A stretch of 64,000 nt of DNA from Bacilli bacterium (GTDB taxonomy: Bacteria; Bacillota_I; Bacilli_A; RFN20; CAG-826). A program made the position numbers and the translations under genes. The notes beneath the pieces were generated by a model. That model was not told the origin of the DNA, did no database searches, and saw nothing but the letters and a program-made list of their open reading frames with translations. Positions 50,959 through 60,253 of the stretch are shown piece after piece (the first letter of the stretch is position 1; each line of letters begins with the position of its first letter). The DNA lies in contig JAQWCH010000005.1 in NCBI GenBank assembly GCA_028705995.1, positions 2,670-66,669 of the forward strand, read 5' to 3'.

Positions 50959-51550
50959 GGGCTTTTTTGTTACGACAAATTATTAATCGCTGTTCGAGGT
51001 AATTAGCGAGGTAACACGAACCAATTGAAACACCGGTTGCAAAGATTGCGCCAGCAATAACATCAGTCGGGTAGTGAACCCCAAAGAACAAACGTGAAAA
51101 CGACATTAATGATGCATAAACAAACATTGGGATTGTTGCCTTACGGTGGTAAAAACTTACAACAGTGGCAAGAATAAAGGCGTTAGTTGTGTGGCCAGAC
51201 ATAAAAGAAAAAGAATCAGGGAGCGCTAAAGATCCACTTGGTTGATTGAAAACGGTTTGCACATACCCAAGCAGTGTATCATCCTTCAAGAAAGGACGAG
51301 GTCTTTGTACCGTGTTTTTAATGATTGTTGAATTAACTAAAACACCCCAGAATAGAAGGCAAAACGCTAAAACAATGCCGGTTTTGCGCGTCTTTTTAAA
51401 AACCGTTAATGTGATACATATTACTGCTTGCCAGACATATGGATACCAACTATCGCCAGCAGCAGTTAAATATTTGAAAAACTCGTTGATAAAATTAAAC
51501 GCGTGCAGATTTTCCCATACCCATTTTAAAAAGTTAATTTCCCATTCCAT
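50942..51550 (-). CDS. PAP2-family lipid phosphate phosphatase (C55-PP phosphatase-like)
   Basis: KNTVQRPRP, MSGHT and SRLFFGVHYPTD are the three PAP2 motifs. The start is ATG 51550 (GGAGAA SD), with 51604 as the alternative. Confidence 0.8.
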   Translation of the reverse strand: MEWEINFLKWVWENLHAFNFINEFFKYLTAAGDSWYPYVWQAVICITLTVFKKTRKTGIVLAFCLLFWGVLVNSTIIKNTVQRPRPFLKDDTLLGYVQTVFNQPSGSLALPDSFSFMSGHTTNAFILATVVSFYHRKATIPMFVYASLMSFSRLFFGVHYPTDVIAGAIFATGVSIGSCYLANYLEQRLIICRNKKAHANTN

Positions 51551-52472
51551 TGCTATTCTCCATTTCCTCGTTTTTATTGTTTGCTTCTGATTTTTGGCTT
51601 TCAACGTATTTAAGCAAAAAATAAGAGAGCACGAATCCGCTCACAAGAAGCACGACGCTTACTATAATTGTCCATAAACTAGCGCTTGTCCAAGGGCTAA
51701 AAATGACATAAGAAGTCTTTATATCGCCGTTAACAAAACAAGCAAAAATTGAGCCGACAATGAAGCCAAGCAAAACAAAATAGGTTGGAATCCGATATTT
51801 AGTTAGGAAGAATTTCATAATCTTCGAAACAGCAATCACACCTACAAGAAAGCCAATTGCGATTATGAAGATTAATACAACATTTGTCACAATGCTACCA
51901 CCACTAAATAGACCGGTTACAAGCGCAAGCACGGCATTAAGATATCCAATCGCCAGCAGAAACTGCGTTCCAGAAATCCCAGGAGCCACAATTGCAGCAC
52001 TTTCTACAAATCCAATAACAAATGCGATAATTATTTCGTTCGCGCCGAGGCTGGCAAGTGTGCCAGATGACGAGGAAAACCAAGAAATAACACCAATCGC
52101 CGCTGCGAAGAGCATTGCGATAAATGCGAATAAAATATTTTTATAATTTGCTTTTTTGTGCGTTATTTTGGTGATTTCACGGAGACCCCCAATCGTCAAT
52201 CCAACAATTAAAGCAGTGGTTGGAATCGGAAAGTGTTCGATAGCAAGTTGAATTGGATAAACTAAAGCACCAACGCCTATAATAGCGCCAACAATCCATG
52301 GCCAAAGAATTTTAATTGAATATTTTGGGTTTTTATTAAAATCTGCGACACCGCGAACAAGATCATCATAGATTCCCATTAAAACAGCGACAGTGCCTCC
52401 GCCCATACCGCTTATAAAGGCAAACCCAATGATAATGCCTTGAATTAATTGTTTAAGAATGTTTCGCCGCAT
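51534..52472 (-). CDS. DUF368-family membrane protein (polyprenyl-phosphate translocase family)
   Basis: 313 aa from MRRNILKQ... The duplicated motif GMGGGTVAVLMGIY / PGISGTQFLLAIGY is typical of DUF368. The first 161 codons of the ORF-track ORF (up to 52955) are antisense to pth and are rejected. Confidence 0.8.
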   Translation of the reverse strand: MRRNILKQLIQGIIIGFAFISGMGGGTVAVLMGIYDDLVRGVADFNKNPKYSIKILWPWIVGAIIGVGALVYPIQLAIEHFPIPTTALIVGLTIGGLREITKITHKKANYKNILFAFIAMLFAAAIGVISWFSSSSGTLASLGANEIIIAFVIGFVESAAIVAPGISGTQFLLAIGYLNAVLALVTGLFSGGSIVTNVVLIFIIAIGFLVGVIAVSKIMKFFLTKYRIPTYFVLLGFIVGSIFACFVNGDIKTSYVIFSPWTSASLWTIIVSVVLLVSGFVLSYFLLKYVESQKSEANNKNEEMENSNGMGN

Positions 52473-52531
52473 AGTTTTTTTCCTATATTGTCTAGTATAA
52501 CGAGTTTTACGTAAATCTCCTAACTGAAAAA

Positions 52532-52540
52532 TGATATAAT
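52532..52540 (+). promoter_or_regulatory. extended -10 promoter candidate for pth-mfd
   Basis: TGATATAAT (perfect TGnTATAAT) lies 24 nt upstream of the pth ATG. Confidence 0.5.
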
Positions 52541-52563
52541 ACCAATTACGGATGGTGGTTTTT

Positions 52564-53130
52564 ATGAAGCTCATTGTTGGTTTGGGTAATCCAGGTAAAA
52601 AGTATGATAAAACAAGACATAACATGGGGTTTTTAGTTTTAGATTTGCTTGCAGAATGGGCTAAAGTCGATATTGATAAAAACGATTTTAAAGGCAAGTT
52701 TGCCCGTTTTAAACGTAATGATGAAGATGTTGTTTTGTTCAAACCAGAAACATACATGAACTTATCGGGTGAAGCCGTGCTTGCAATTACACAATTTTTT
52801 AAGATTGATGCTGACGACATTGTTGTCGTGCTCGATGATATCGCACTCGACGCTGGTCGCATTAGATTGCGCGAAAAAGGTAGTTCCGGCGGCCAAAAAG
52901 GCCTACAGAACATCATCACTCTTCTCCATACAAATGAAATAAAACGTATCCGCATTGGGACTGGCGAACCACCAGTTGGTGAGATTGTTGATTATGTACT
53001 CAGTAAACCATCAAAAGAAGATTGGGACAAAATATCACCAGCATTAATCAAAGCGCGTGATGCCTTGATTGACTATCTTGATTTTGGTTTTTCTGAAGCG
53101 ATGAATAAATTCAATAAAGGAGATAGCTGA
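52564..53130 (+). CDS. pth: peptidyl-tRNA hydrolase
   Basis: MKLIVGLGNPGKKYDKTRHNMGF is the canonical N-terminus. The start is ATG 52564. Confidence 0.93.
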   Translation: MKLIVGLGNPGKKYDKTRHNMGFLVLDLLAEWAKVDIDKNDFKGKFARFKRNDEDVVLFKPETYMNLSGEAVLAITQFFKIDADDIVVVLDDIALDAGRIRLREKGSSGGQKGLQNIITLLHTNEIKRIRIGTGEPPVGEIVDYVLSKPSKEDWDKISPALIKARDALIDYLDFGFSEAMNKFNKGDS

Positions 53131-53287
53131 TACGCACTTACTAGACTTACTCTGTTCGAATCCCCATACCCCCCTCCTAAATCAGAAACGGGGGCGTTTC
53201 GTCGTTGATGATATTATTGGTACCAGTTTATTAGTTGCTGCTTCGTATAAAGACAAACCAGATAATTATGTTGTAATTACGACCAAT

Positions 53288-56200
53288 TTGTATAACGGCC
53301 AGCAAGTTTTTGATTTCCTTGTATCACTTCTTGGCGAAGAACAAGTGCTGTTTTTCCCGATGGATGAACTCTTGCGTTCAGAATCACTCGCCGCATCGAA
53401 AGAGATGTTAACACAACGCCTATATGTCCTTAGTAAACTTCAAGAAAATACACCGAAAATAATTGTTACAAATCTTGCTGCCGCGCTGAGGTATTTACCG
53501 GAGCCTAAATATTTTAGTGATCAAACACTGCGGCTAAAAGTTGGGAATAGTTACTCTATTGAAGAAATCAAAAGAACATTAATTAGAAGCGGATACACAC
53601 GCGTTAATAAAATAGATCAAACCTTACAATTTGCCCTTCGCGGGGATATTTTGGATATTTTTAGTGTTAATACGACAAACCCTGTTCGCATTGAGTTTTT
53701 TGATGAAGAAATTGAGAGTATTCGTGTTTTTGATTTAGCAACGCAAACTTCTTATCAAGAGATTGCTAGTGTTGAAGTGTATCCCGCTACAGACTTGTTA
53801 CTATCTGAAGAAAACGCTAAACAACTTGTCGAAAAAATCAAAGAACAAATAACAAAAGATAAAAAGCATTTATCAGGTATCGGAATTGAGAAACTTGATA
53901 TGCACATCGATGAAGACATCGAACGTATTTTATCATACGATTATTCCAGCAAATTATATAAATACTACGGATTTGCAGGGGAAAAAGCGTTTTCAATTAT
54001 TGATTACATTAACAAACCAATCGTAATTGTTGCCAATCATGATCAATTTATTATTCATGAGAGAATGCTTCATGAAGAAGCAATAAAATATCTAATTGAA
54101 CTTCAAGAAAACGGCCAGAATATTTCACACTTACAACTTTATCAAACAAGCAATAATATACTAAGTCACGCCGAACGGTGTATTTACTTTTATGAGAATC
54201 GTGAAAATGAAAACGATATGTTTTTACTGGTTAGGCCAATTATCGGCCAGAGCACTAATCTCGATGGCGCACTGAACTTGATTTCCACTTATCATAATCA
54301 GGGAAAAAGAATTTTGATTGCCGTAGAGAATCTTAAACAAGGGGCTCTTTTTATGAAAACGCTCCAATCACAAAATATTGAATTTGAACAATTAACCGGG
54401 CTCGAAATTCCAAGCAAAAACATTGGAATAACGCTTTTTAATCTCGAACACGGATTCGAGCTTGCAGATTTTAATTTAGTTGTTTTAACGATGAATGAAT
54501 TACTCAGCCACAGAACACAATCTTCGCGTTTTGTTTCACGTTTCCGTGAAGCGACAATTCTTCGTTCATATGAGGATTTGCAGCCGGGTGATTATGTGGT
54601 GCATGAAATTTATGGCGTGGGCCAATTTGCTGATATTAATACATTATTAATTGATGATGTTCACCGCGATTATTTACATATAGACTTTGCTGCTGGTGAT
54701 GTATTGTATGTTCCACTTGCCCAATTTCACCTTGTTAGGAAGTTCATTGGTCGCGAGGGGGCGGCACCAAAACTAAACCGCCTAAATACCAATGAATGGG
54801 AACGCACTAAAAAAAGGATTAAATCACGCGTCAAAGATATTGCCGAAGAACTAGTCAAATTATATTCTTTGCGTGCAAAAAAACCGGGATACGCATTTCC
54901 ACCCGATGATGAACTGCAATTATCCTTTGAAAATCAATTTCCGTTTGAATTAACGCCGGATCAACGGGTGGCGCTTAAAGAAATTAAACAGGATATGGAA
55001 AAAGACGAGCCGATGGATCGCCTTTTATGTGGTGATGTTGGTTTTGGAAAAACTGAATTAGCGTTTAGAGCAGCTTTTAAAGCAATTAGCGCGGGTAAAC
55101 AAGTAGCAATTTTATGTCCGACTACACTGCTTGCCCGTCAACATTACGAAGTTGCCCGCGATCGGTTTGCAAGTTTTGGCATTCACATCGCCCATCTATC
55201 ACGCCTTGTTTTGGATAGCGAACAAAACCAAGCGATTAGTAACATTAATGCCGGGAAAATCGATCTTGTGATTGGTACGCACCGGTTGCTTTCAAAAGAA
55301 ATTAAATATCCCAACCTTGGATTACTTGTTGTTGATGAAGAACAAAGATTTGGTGTTGAACAAAAAGAAAAAATTAAAGGCATAAAAGTTGATGTCGATG
55401 TTTTAACTTTATCCGCTACACCAATCCCACGAACATTACAAATGTCGTTGATTGGAATTCGTGAAATTTCACAAATCAATACCCCACCAAATTCGCGGAT
55501 GCCGATTCAAACCTATGTAATGGGTTATCGCAAAGAAGTTGTAAGAGAATTGCTTGAACGCGAGCTTGCTCGTCATGGACAAGTTTTCTATTTACACAAT
55601 CAGGTTGATAGCATTCTATCCAAAGCCCGCCAAATTCAAGATATGCTTCCCCAAGCGAGAATTGGTGTTGTTCATGGACAAATGAATCGCGATAGCATTG
55701 AAGACGTGATGCTTAAGTTTTATCAAAATGAAATTGATATTTTAGTAAGTACGACGATTATCGAAAACGGGATTGATGTACCTAACGCCAATTTAATAAT
55801 TATTGAAAACGCTGATAAATTCGGTTTAGCACAACTTTATCAAATCAAAGGGCGTGTTGGCCGAGGAAATCAGATTGCTTATGCTTATTTGCTTTATAAT
55901 CCGCAAAAAAACATCAATGAAATCGCCCGTAAACGCTTGAAATCAATTCAAGACTTTACCGAACTTGGCTCCGGATATAAAATTGCACAACGCGATTTAA
56001 TGATTCGCGGGGCTGGTGATATTCTCGGAGCGGAACAAGCTGGTTTTATTGAAACGGTTGGTATTGATATGTATATGAAACTACTTAATGAAGCAATTCG
56101 CGAAGAAAAAACGGGTGTACCAGTAGTAGAAGAGCAAGTTAGAAGCGCACCAAACCTCTCAGTTGATGCTTATATACCGAATGAGTATGCAACGAAGTTT

Positions 56201-56614
56201 GATAAAATAGACTTATACAAACGCATCGGTGCGTGTAAATCACATCAAGAATTGGCCGTTGTTGAAGGCGAATTAAGAGACATATATGGACGGATACCCG
56301 AACAAACAAGAATGTTATTAAGACAACAAGCACTAGATATCAATATGCAGAGCGAAGAGTTTGTTGGTCTTGAAGAAAATTCAAACAGTATTACACTAAC
56401 GCTTTCGAACAAATTTATGCGAATTCCACGCATTGGTACAGAACTATTTGAACGAATCAATAAATATCAATCACAGCTCAAAGTGCGCGTTGTTGGACGC
56501 GAGTTGATGATTTATATCAACAAAGATAATGATTGGTTTGAGATTCTTGAAAAAACAGTATTCGAAATCCACAAATTGTACGAGAAACACCAAGGTGAAA
56601 CATATGCGAATTGA
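53288..56614 (+). CDS. mfd: transcription-repair coupling factor Mfd (5' end uncertain; homology continues upstream)
   Basis: A UvrB-homology N-terminus, the RID, helicase motifs DVGFGKTE / DEEQRFGV / TATPIPRT, and TRG and C-terminal domains are present. The first canonical start is TTG 53288 without an SD. The in-frame upstream sequence to 53105 is open and Mfd-like. Confidence 0.9.
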   Translation: MYNGQQVFDFLVSLLGEEQVLFFPMDELLRSESLAASKEMLTQRLYVLSKLQENTPKIIVTNLAAALRYLPEPKYFSDQTLRLKVGNSYSIEEIKRTLIRSGYTRVNKIDQTLQFALRGDILDIFSVNTTNPVRIEFFDEEIESIRVFDLATQTSYQEIASVEVYPATDLLLSEENAKQLVEKIKEQITKDKKHLSGIGIEKLDMHIDEDIERILSYDYSSKLYKYYGFAGEKAFSIIDYINKPIVIVANHDQFIIHERMLHEEAIKYLIELQENGQNISHLQLYQTSNNILSHAERCIYFYENRENENDMFLLVRPIIGQSTNLDGALNLISTYHNQGKRILIAVENLKQGALFMKTLQSQNIEFEQLTGLEIPSKNIGITLFNLEHGFELADFNLVVLTMNELLSHRTQSSRFVSRFREATILRSYEDLQPGDYVVHEIYGVGQFADINTLLIDDVHRDYLHIDFAAGDVLYVPLAQFHLVRKFIGREGAAPKLNRLNTNEWERTKKRIKSRVKDIAEELVKLYSLRAKKPGYAFPPDDELQLSFENQFPFELTPDQRVALKEIKQDMEKDEPMDRLLCGDVGFGKTELAFRAAFKAISAGKQVAILCPTTLLARQHYEVARDRFASFGIHIAHLSRLVLDSEQNQAISNINAGKIDLVIGTHRLLSKEIKYPNLGLLVVDEEQRFGVEQKEKIKGIKVDVDVLTLSATPIPRTLQMSLIGIREISQINTPPNSRMPIQTYVMGYRKEVVRELLERELARHGQVFYLHNQVDSILSKARQIQDMLPQARIGVVHGQMNRDSIEDVMLKFYQNEIDILVSTTIIENGIDVPNANLIIIENADKFGLAQLYQIKGRVGRGNQIAYAYLLYNPQKNINEIARKRLKSIQDFTELGSGYKIAQRDLMIRGAGDILGAEQAGFIETVGIDMYMKLLNEAIREEKTGVPVVEEQVRSAPNLSVDAYIPNEYATKFDKIDLYKRIGACKSHQELAVVEGELRDIYGRIPEQTRMLLRQQALDINMQSEEFVGLEENSNSITLTLSNKFMRIPRIGTELFERINKYQSQLKVRVVGRELMIYINKDNDWFEILEKTVFEIHKLYEKHQGETYAN

Positions 56615-56873
56615 TAAATATTTAAAAATATCACGACTGATTAAGCGAAGAACAATTGCAAAAGAAGTCGTCGAAAATGGAAGAATCATTTTGAATGGTC
56701 GACCAGCAAAACCATCAAGCGAAGTTAAAATTGGCGACATCATTATTTTGAATTTGGGTCGACATCGCTTGGAAGTGAAAATTGAAAATATAGATGAAAT
56801 AGCAACAAGACAAAAAAGTTCTACTTTTTATACTTTGTTAAAAGATGAAATTATCGAACGCACGGAGGACTAA
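56604..56873 (+). CDS. S4-domain RNA-binding protein (YabO/Hsp15-like)
   Basis: MRIDKYLKISRLIKRRTIAKE... is an S4 motif. An AAGGTGA SD is present. It overlaps the mfd end by 11 nt. The ORF-track start 56529 is rejected. Confidence 0.75.
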   Translation: MRIDKYLKISRLIKRRTIAKEVVENGRIILNGRPAKPSSEVKIGDIIILNLGRHRLEVKIENIDEIATRQKSSTFYTLLKDEIIERTED

Positions 56874-58115
56874 ATGTACTTAAGTCTTGATAAGACAAAA
56901 AAATATTTATTAGCATGTAGTTTTGGTCCGGACTCCATGGCACTTTTTGGTATGCTTCTAGAAGCCGGCTATTTGTTTGAAATTGCGTATGTGGATTATC
57001 ATTACCGCGGAACTGAAAGCGATGAAGAAACACGCAACTTACTAGCGTTTGCAACCCAGCACAACATTTATGTACATTTACACAATGCGCATTACGAAAC
57101 CAAATATGGAAACTTTGAAGGTTGGGCGCGCAAAGAGCGATACAACTTTTTTAAACATATTTATGATTTAGAAAAATCATTTGATTCAGTACTAGTTGCG
57201 CATCATCAAGATGATGTATTAGAAACCTATTTGCTACAAAAAAGAAGGCGGAATCGACCACTTTATTATGGCATGCAAAACGCAATTAAAATTAATAATA
57301 TGCCGGTTTTGCGGCCATTATTGGAAGTTAGCAAATCGCAATTACGCATGTATTGTTTAGCAAACGAAATTCCGTTTTCCGATGATTCAACAAATTATGA
57401 TTTAAAATACGAACGCAACAAGATCCGTCACGAATATATTGCGAAATTGAATGTTGCAAAACGCACAAATCTACTTCAAGAAATTAAAGATAGAAATGCA
57501 AATTTAGAGAACTTACGCAGCACACTAAAAAGCGACTTTGATTTTTCTTCACCACTTGATATAACCAAATTAAAAAAACTCAATGATGACGAGTTTGCTA
57601 ATCTAATCTTCATGTTATTAGAAACGCGTTCTTTGTTCCGCCCTTTGAGTAAAAAATCTTTGATCGAATTACAAAAAATGTTGAGTTCAGCTAAGCCAAA
57701 CATCGAATGGAATATCAACGATAAATGGATGTTTGCCAAGGCGTATAAAAATTTATACTTATTACCACGGGGCCCTATGCCAAGTTATGAGTACACAATT
57801 GATCGACCTAAAAAGTTTCAGAGCGACTTTATTCAACTCGACTTTACTACTAAGACCGAACATCACGGGATTAGACTTTTAGATTATCCATTAATAATTC
57901 GCCCAGCTAAACGCGATGATAATTATTTGGTTGGTGGATATCGAAAATCGGTGCTTCGCCTATTTATTGATTGGAAAATGCCGCGGCATATACGCGATAT
58001 TTGGCCGGTTTTTGTCAATAAAAGCGGAGTTATTGTTTATATACCACGTTATCGTGCCGATTATAAAAAAACCCTCGATAGCGATTTAGTTATTCATTTG
58101 CCTTTTATTTGTTAA
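56874..58115 (+). CDS. tilS: tRNA(Ile)-lysidine synthase
   Basis: An N-type ATP-PPase domain with a PP-loop-like SFGPDS, HHQDD and further conserved N-terminal domain residues are present. It holds the conserved position before ftsH. Confidence 0.82.
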   Translation: MYLSLDKTKKYLLACSFGPDSMALFGMLLEAGYLFEIAYVDYHYRGTESDEETRNLLAFATQHNIYVHLHNAHYETKYGNFEGWARKERYNFFKHIYDLEKSFDSVLVAHHQDDVLETYLLQKRRRNRPLYYGMQNAIKINNMPVLRPLLEVSKSQLRMYCLANEIPFSDDSTNYDLKYERNKIRHEYIAKLNVAKRTNLLQEIKDRNANLENLRSTLKSDFDFSSPLDITKLKKLNDDEFANLIFMLLETRSLFRPLSKKSLIELQKMLSSAKPNIEWNINDKWMFAKAYKNLYLLPRGPMPSYEYTIDRPKKFQSDFIQLDFTTKTEHHGIRLLDYPLIIRPAKRDDNYLVGGYRKSVLRLFIDWKMPRHIRDIWPVFVNKSGVIVYIPRYRADYKKTLDSDLVIHLPFIC

Positions 58116-58137
58116 TAACTAATCTAACTTGTATAAT
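58109..58137 (+). promoter_or_regulatory. candidate sigma-A promoter of ftsH
   Basis: TTGTTA-N17-TATAAT. The -10 lies inside the 16-bp palindrome CTTGTATAATTACAAG (58128-58143). Confidence 0.4.
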
Positions 58138-58224
58138 TACAAGAGCATTTAATTAGTTTATGATAAGTGCAGAAAAGTTTATATTTTATTTAGTTAGTAA
58201 GTCGATATATAAGGAGACTAATTT

Positions 58225-60231
58225 ATGGACGAGAACCAACAACCAAAACAACCACTTACTCCGAGAAAACGCGGGATAATTTCGTTTATTCTTCCCTACG
58301 TTATTATGGCCTTAGTCATTGCATTTTTCGTTTGGATGATTATTGGTCGTACAAGGGTAGATGTTCTTTCAGTTACGCAAGAAGGGATTGAGAAATTCAT
58401 TAACGATAATAGCATTACTGCGATTACGACACGGATTACGACATCCGTTACATATATAACAGGCACATATTTGGGAACCGGTGGAACAGAACAGTACTTT
58501 GAAGCAATTGTAGAAAATGGTTATTATAACGATACAATTTCTGGCTTATTACAAAGTGAATTAACATTAGAAACCTGGATTGTTGAAAACGCATTTGAAA
58601 CAAATTGGTTCCAAACTTGGGGACCAACATTATTACTATTGGTCGGCTCTGTCGTTATTGTGCTATTCTTATTTTCAAAAATGGCCTCATCTGCCAATGC
58701 TTCAAATCGCTCAGCAATGGATTTCAATCGGTCACGGGCGCGAATGGTATCAACTTCAAAAACACGCTTCAGTGATGTTGCAGGATGCGAAGCGGAAAAA
58801 GCTGAAATGGTTGAAATTGTTGATTATTTAAAAACACCCAAAAAATATAGTAAATTTGGTGCGAAGATTCCTAAAGGCGTCTTACTTGTTGGCCCTCCAG
58901 GGACAGGTAAAACGTTGTTAGCAAAAGCAGTTGCTGGTGAAGCACGCGTACCGTTCTTCTCCATTTCTGGTTCTGATTTTGTTGAAATGTTCGTCGGTGT
59001 CGGTGCTGGCCGCGTTCGCGATATGTTCCGTCAAGCAAAGAAAAACGCTCCATGTTTGATCTTTATTGATGAACTTGATGCAGTTGGTCGTCAACGTGGT
59101 GCTGGTCTTGGTGGCGGTAATGATGAACGTGAGCAAACATTAAATCAACTTCTCGTTGAGATGGATGGGTTTGAAGATAACTCAGGTATCATCGTGATTG
59201 CGGCAACAAACCGAGAGGACGTCTTAGATCCAGCGTTAATGCGGGCTGGGCGTTTTGACCGTAAAATTACAGTGAATTTACCAGATTTAGATGGACGTGA
59301 AGCAATTTTCAAAGTACATGCCCGTAACAAAAAAATCTCAACTGATATTGATTTCCGCGCATTAGCAAAGCGGACAGTTGGTTTTTCCGGCGCGGATATT
59401 GAATCAATCCTCAATGATGCCGCTATTTTAGCAGTGCGGGGGAATCAAGATGAAGTTTCACTGGAAAACATTGATGAAGCAATTGATCGGCGTATTGCTG
59501 GTCCGGCGCGTAGTAGTCGTGGTATGAGTGAACACGAACGGACAATCGTTGCGTTCCACGAAGCGGGCCATGCGGTAATTGGTTTATTCCATCCGTTCTC
59601 GGACAAAGTGCAAAAAATTACAATTATTCCTCGTGGGCGCACGGGCGGTCATGTTTTAATGACGCCAGAAGAAGACCGTTTCCTCATGACGAAAAAACAA
59701 CTTGAAGCACGCATCGTTGGCTACCTTGGTGGACGCACATCAGAAGAAATTTTCTTCAATGATATCTCAACTGGTGCACACAACGATATCGAAGTAGCAA
59801 CAACAATCGCACGGGCAATGGTTACCGAATATGGAATGAGTGAACTTGGACCAATTCAATATGAAAAAGATACCGGTTCGGTTTTCTTGGGTCGCGATTA
59901 CACATCGAGCCAAAAACATTTCTCAGCCGAAGTCGCAATTAAAATTGATATGGCGATTCGCGATATTATTGAAAATGCCCATAATCTTGCACGCAATTTA
60001 TTGACGGAACATCGTGAAGATGTAGAACTAATTGCTAACACTTTATTAGAACGCGAAACAATTACAGCTGAAGAAATTGACTTCTTATTAAAAAATCGGA
60101 CGTTACCTCCACGCAAAAATGGTAATAGCAATGGATCTTCCCCCGATGTTGAAAAAACTGAAAGTAGCGAAATAAGCTCTGAAGAAGAAACTGCTGATGA
60201 AAAAAGAATATTAAGTGGGGAGGAGGAATAA
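58225..60231 (+). CDS. ftsH: ATP-dependent zinc metalloprotease FtsH
   Basis: Two N-terminal TM helices, AAA+ [18 protein letters not shown], the SRH and the HEAGHA zinc motif are present. An AAGGAGA SD is present. Confidence 0.97.
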   Translation: MDENQQPKQPLTPRKRGIISFILPYVIMALVIAFFVWMIIGRTRVDVLSVTQEGIEKFINDNSITAITTRITTSVTYITGTYLGTGGTEQYFEAIVENGYYNDTISGLLQSELTLETWIVENAFETNWFQTWGPTLLLLVGSVVIVLFLFSKMASSANASNRSAMDFNRSRARMVSTSKTRFSDVAGCEAEKAEMVEIVDYLKTPKKYSKFGAKIPKGVLLVGPPGTGKTLLAKAVAGEARVPFFSISGSDFVEMFVGVGAGRVRDMFRQAKKNAPCLIFIDELDAVGRQRGAGLGGGNDEREQTLNQLLVEMDGFEDNSGIIVIAATNREDVLDPALMRAGRFDRKITVNLPDLDGREAIFKVHARNKKISTDIDFRALAKRTVGFSGADIESILNDAAILAVRGNQDEVSLENIDEAIDRRIAGPARSSRGMSEHERTIVAFHEAGHAVIGLFHPFSDKVQKITIIPRGRTGGHVLMTPEEDRFLMTKKQLEARIVGYLGGRTSEEIFFNDISTGAHNDIEVATTIARAMVTEYGMSELGPIQYEKDTGSVFLGRDYTSSQKHFSAEVAIKIDMAIRDIIENAHNLARNLLTEHREDVELIANTLLERETITAEEIDFLLKNRTLPPRKNGNSNGSSPDVEKTESSEISSEEETADEKRILSGEEE

Positions 60232-60253
60232 AACCTCCTCCTTCTTTTGTTTT
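60219..60253 (+). terminator. hairpin plus T-tract overlapping the ftsH stop
   Basis: GGAGGAGG-AATAAAA-CCTCCTCC followed by TTCTTTTGTTTT. It ends at the dusB ATG. Confidence 0.5.

Noticed and set aside
52473-52955. N-terminal 161 codons of the ORF-track ORF 51534-52955.
   Set aside because: This stretch is antisense to pth (52564-53130), low-complexity and not DUF368-like. A proper start (ATG 52472) precedes the conserved DUF368 sequence.
58128-58143. 16-bp palindrome CTTGTATAATTACAAG upstream of ftsH as an operator.
   Set aside because: It is centred on the -10 hexamer itself, and short AT-rich palindromes around TATAAT are common. It is kept only as part of the promoter call.
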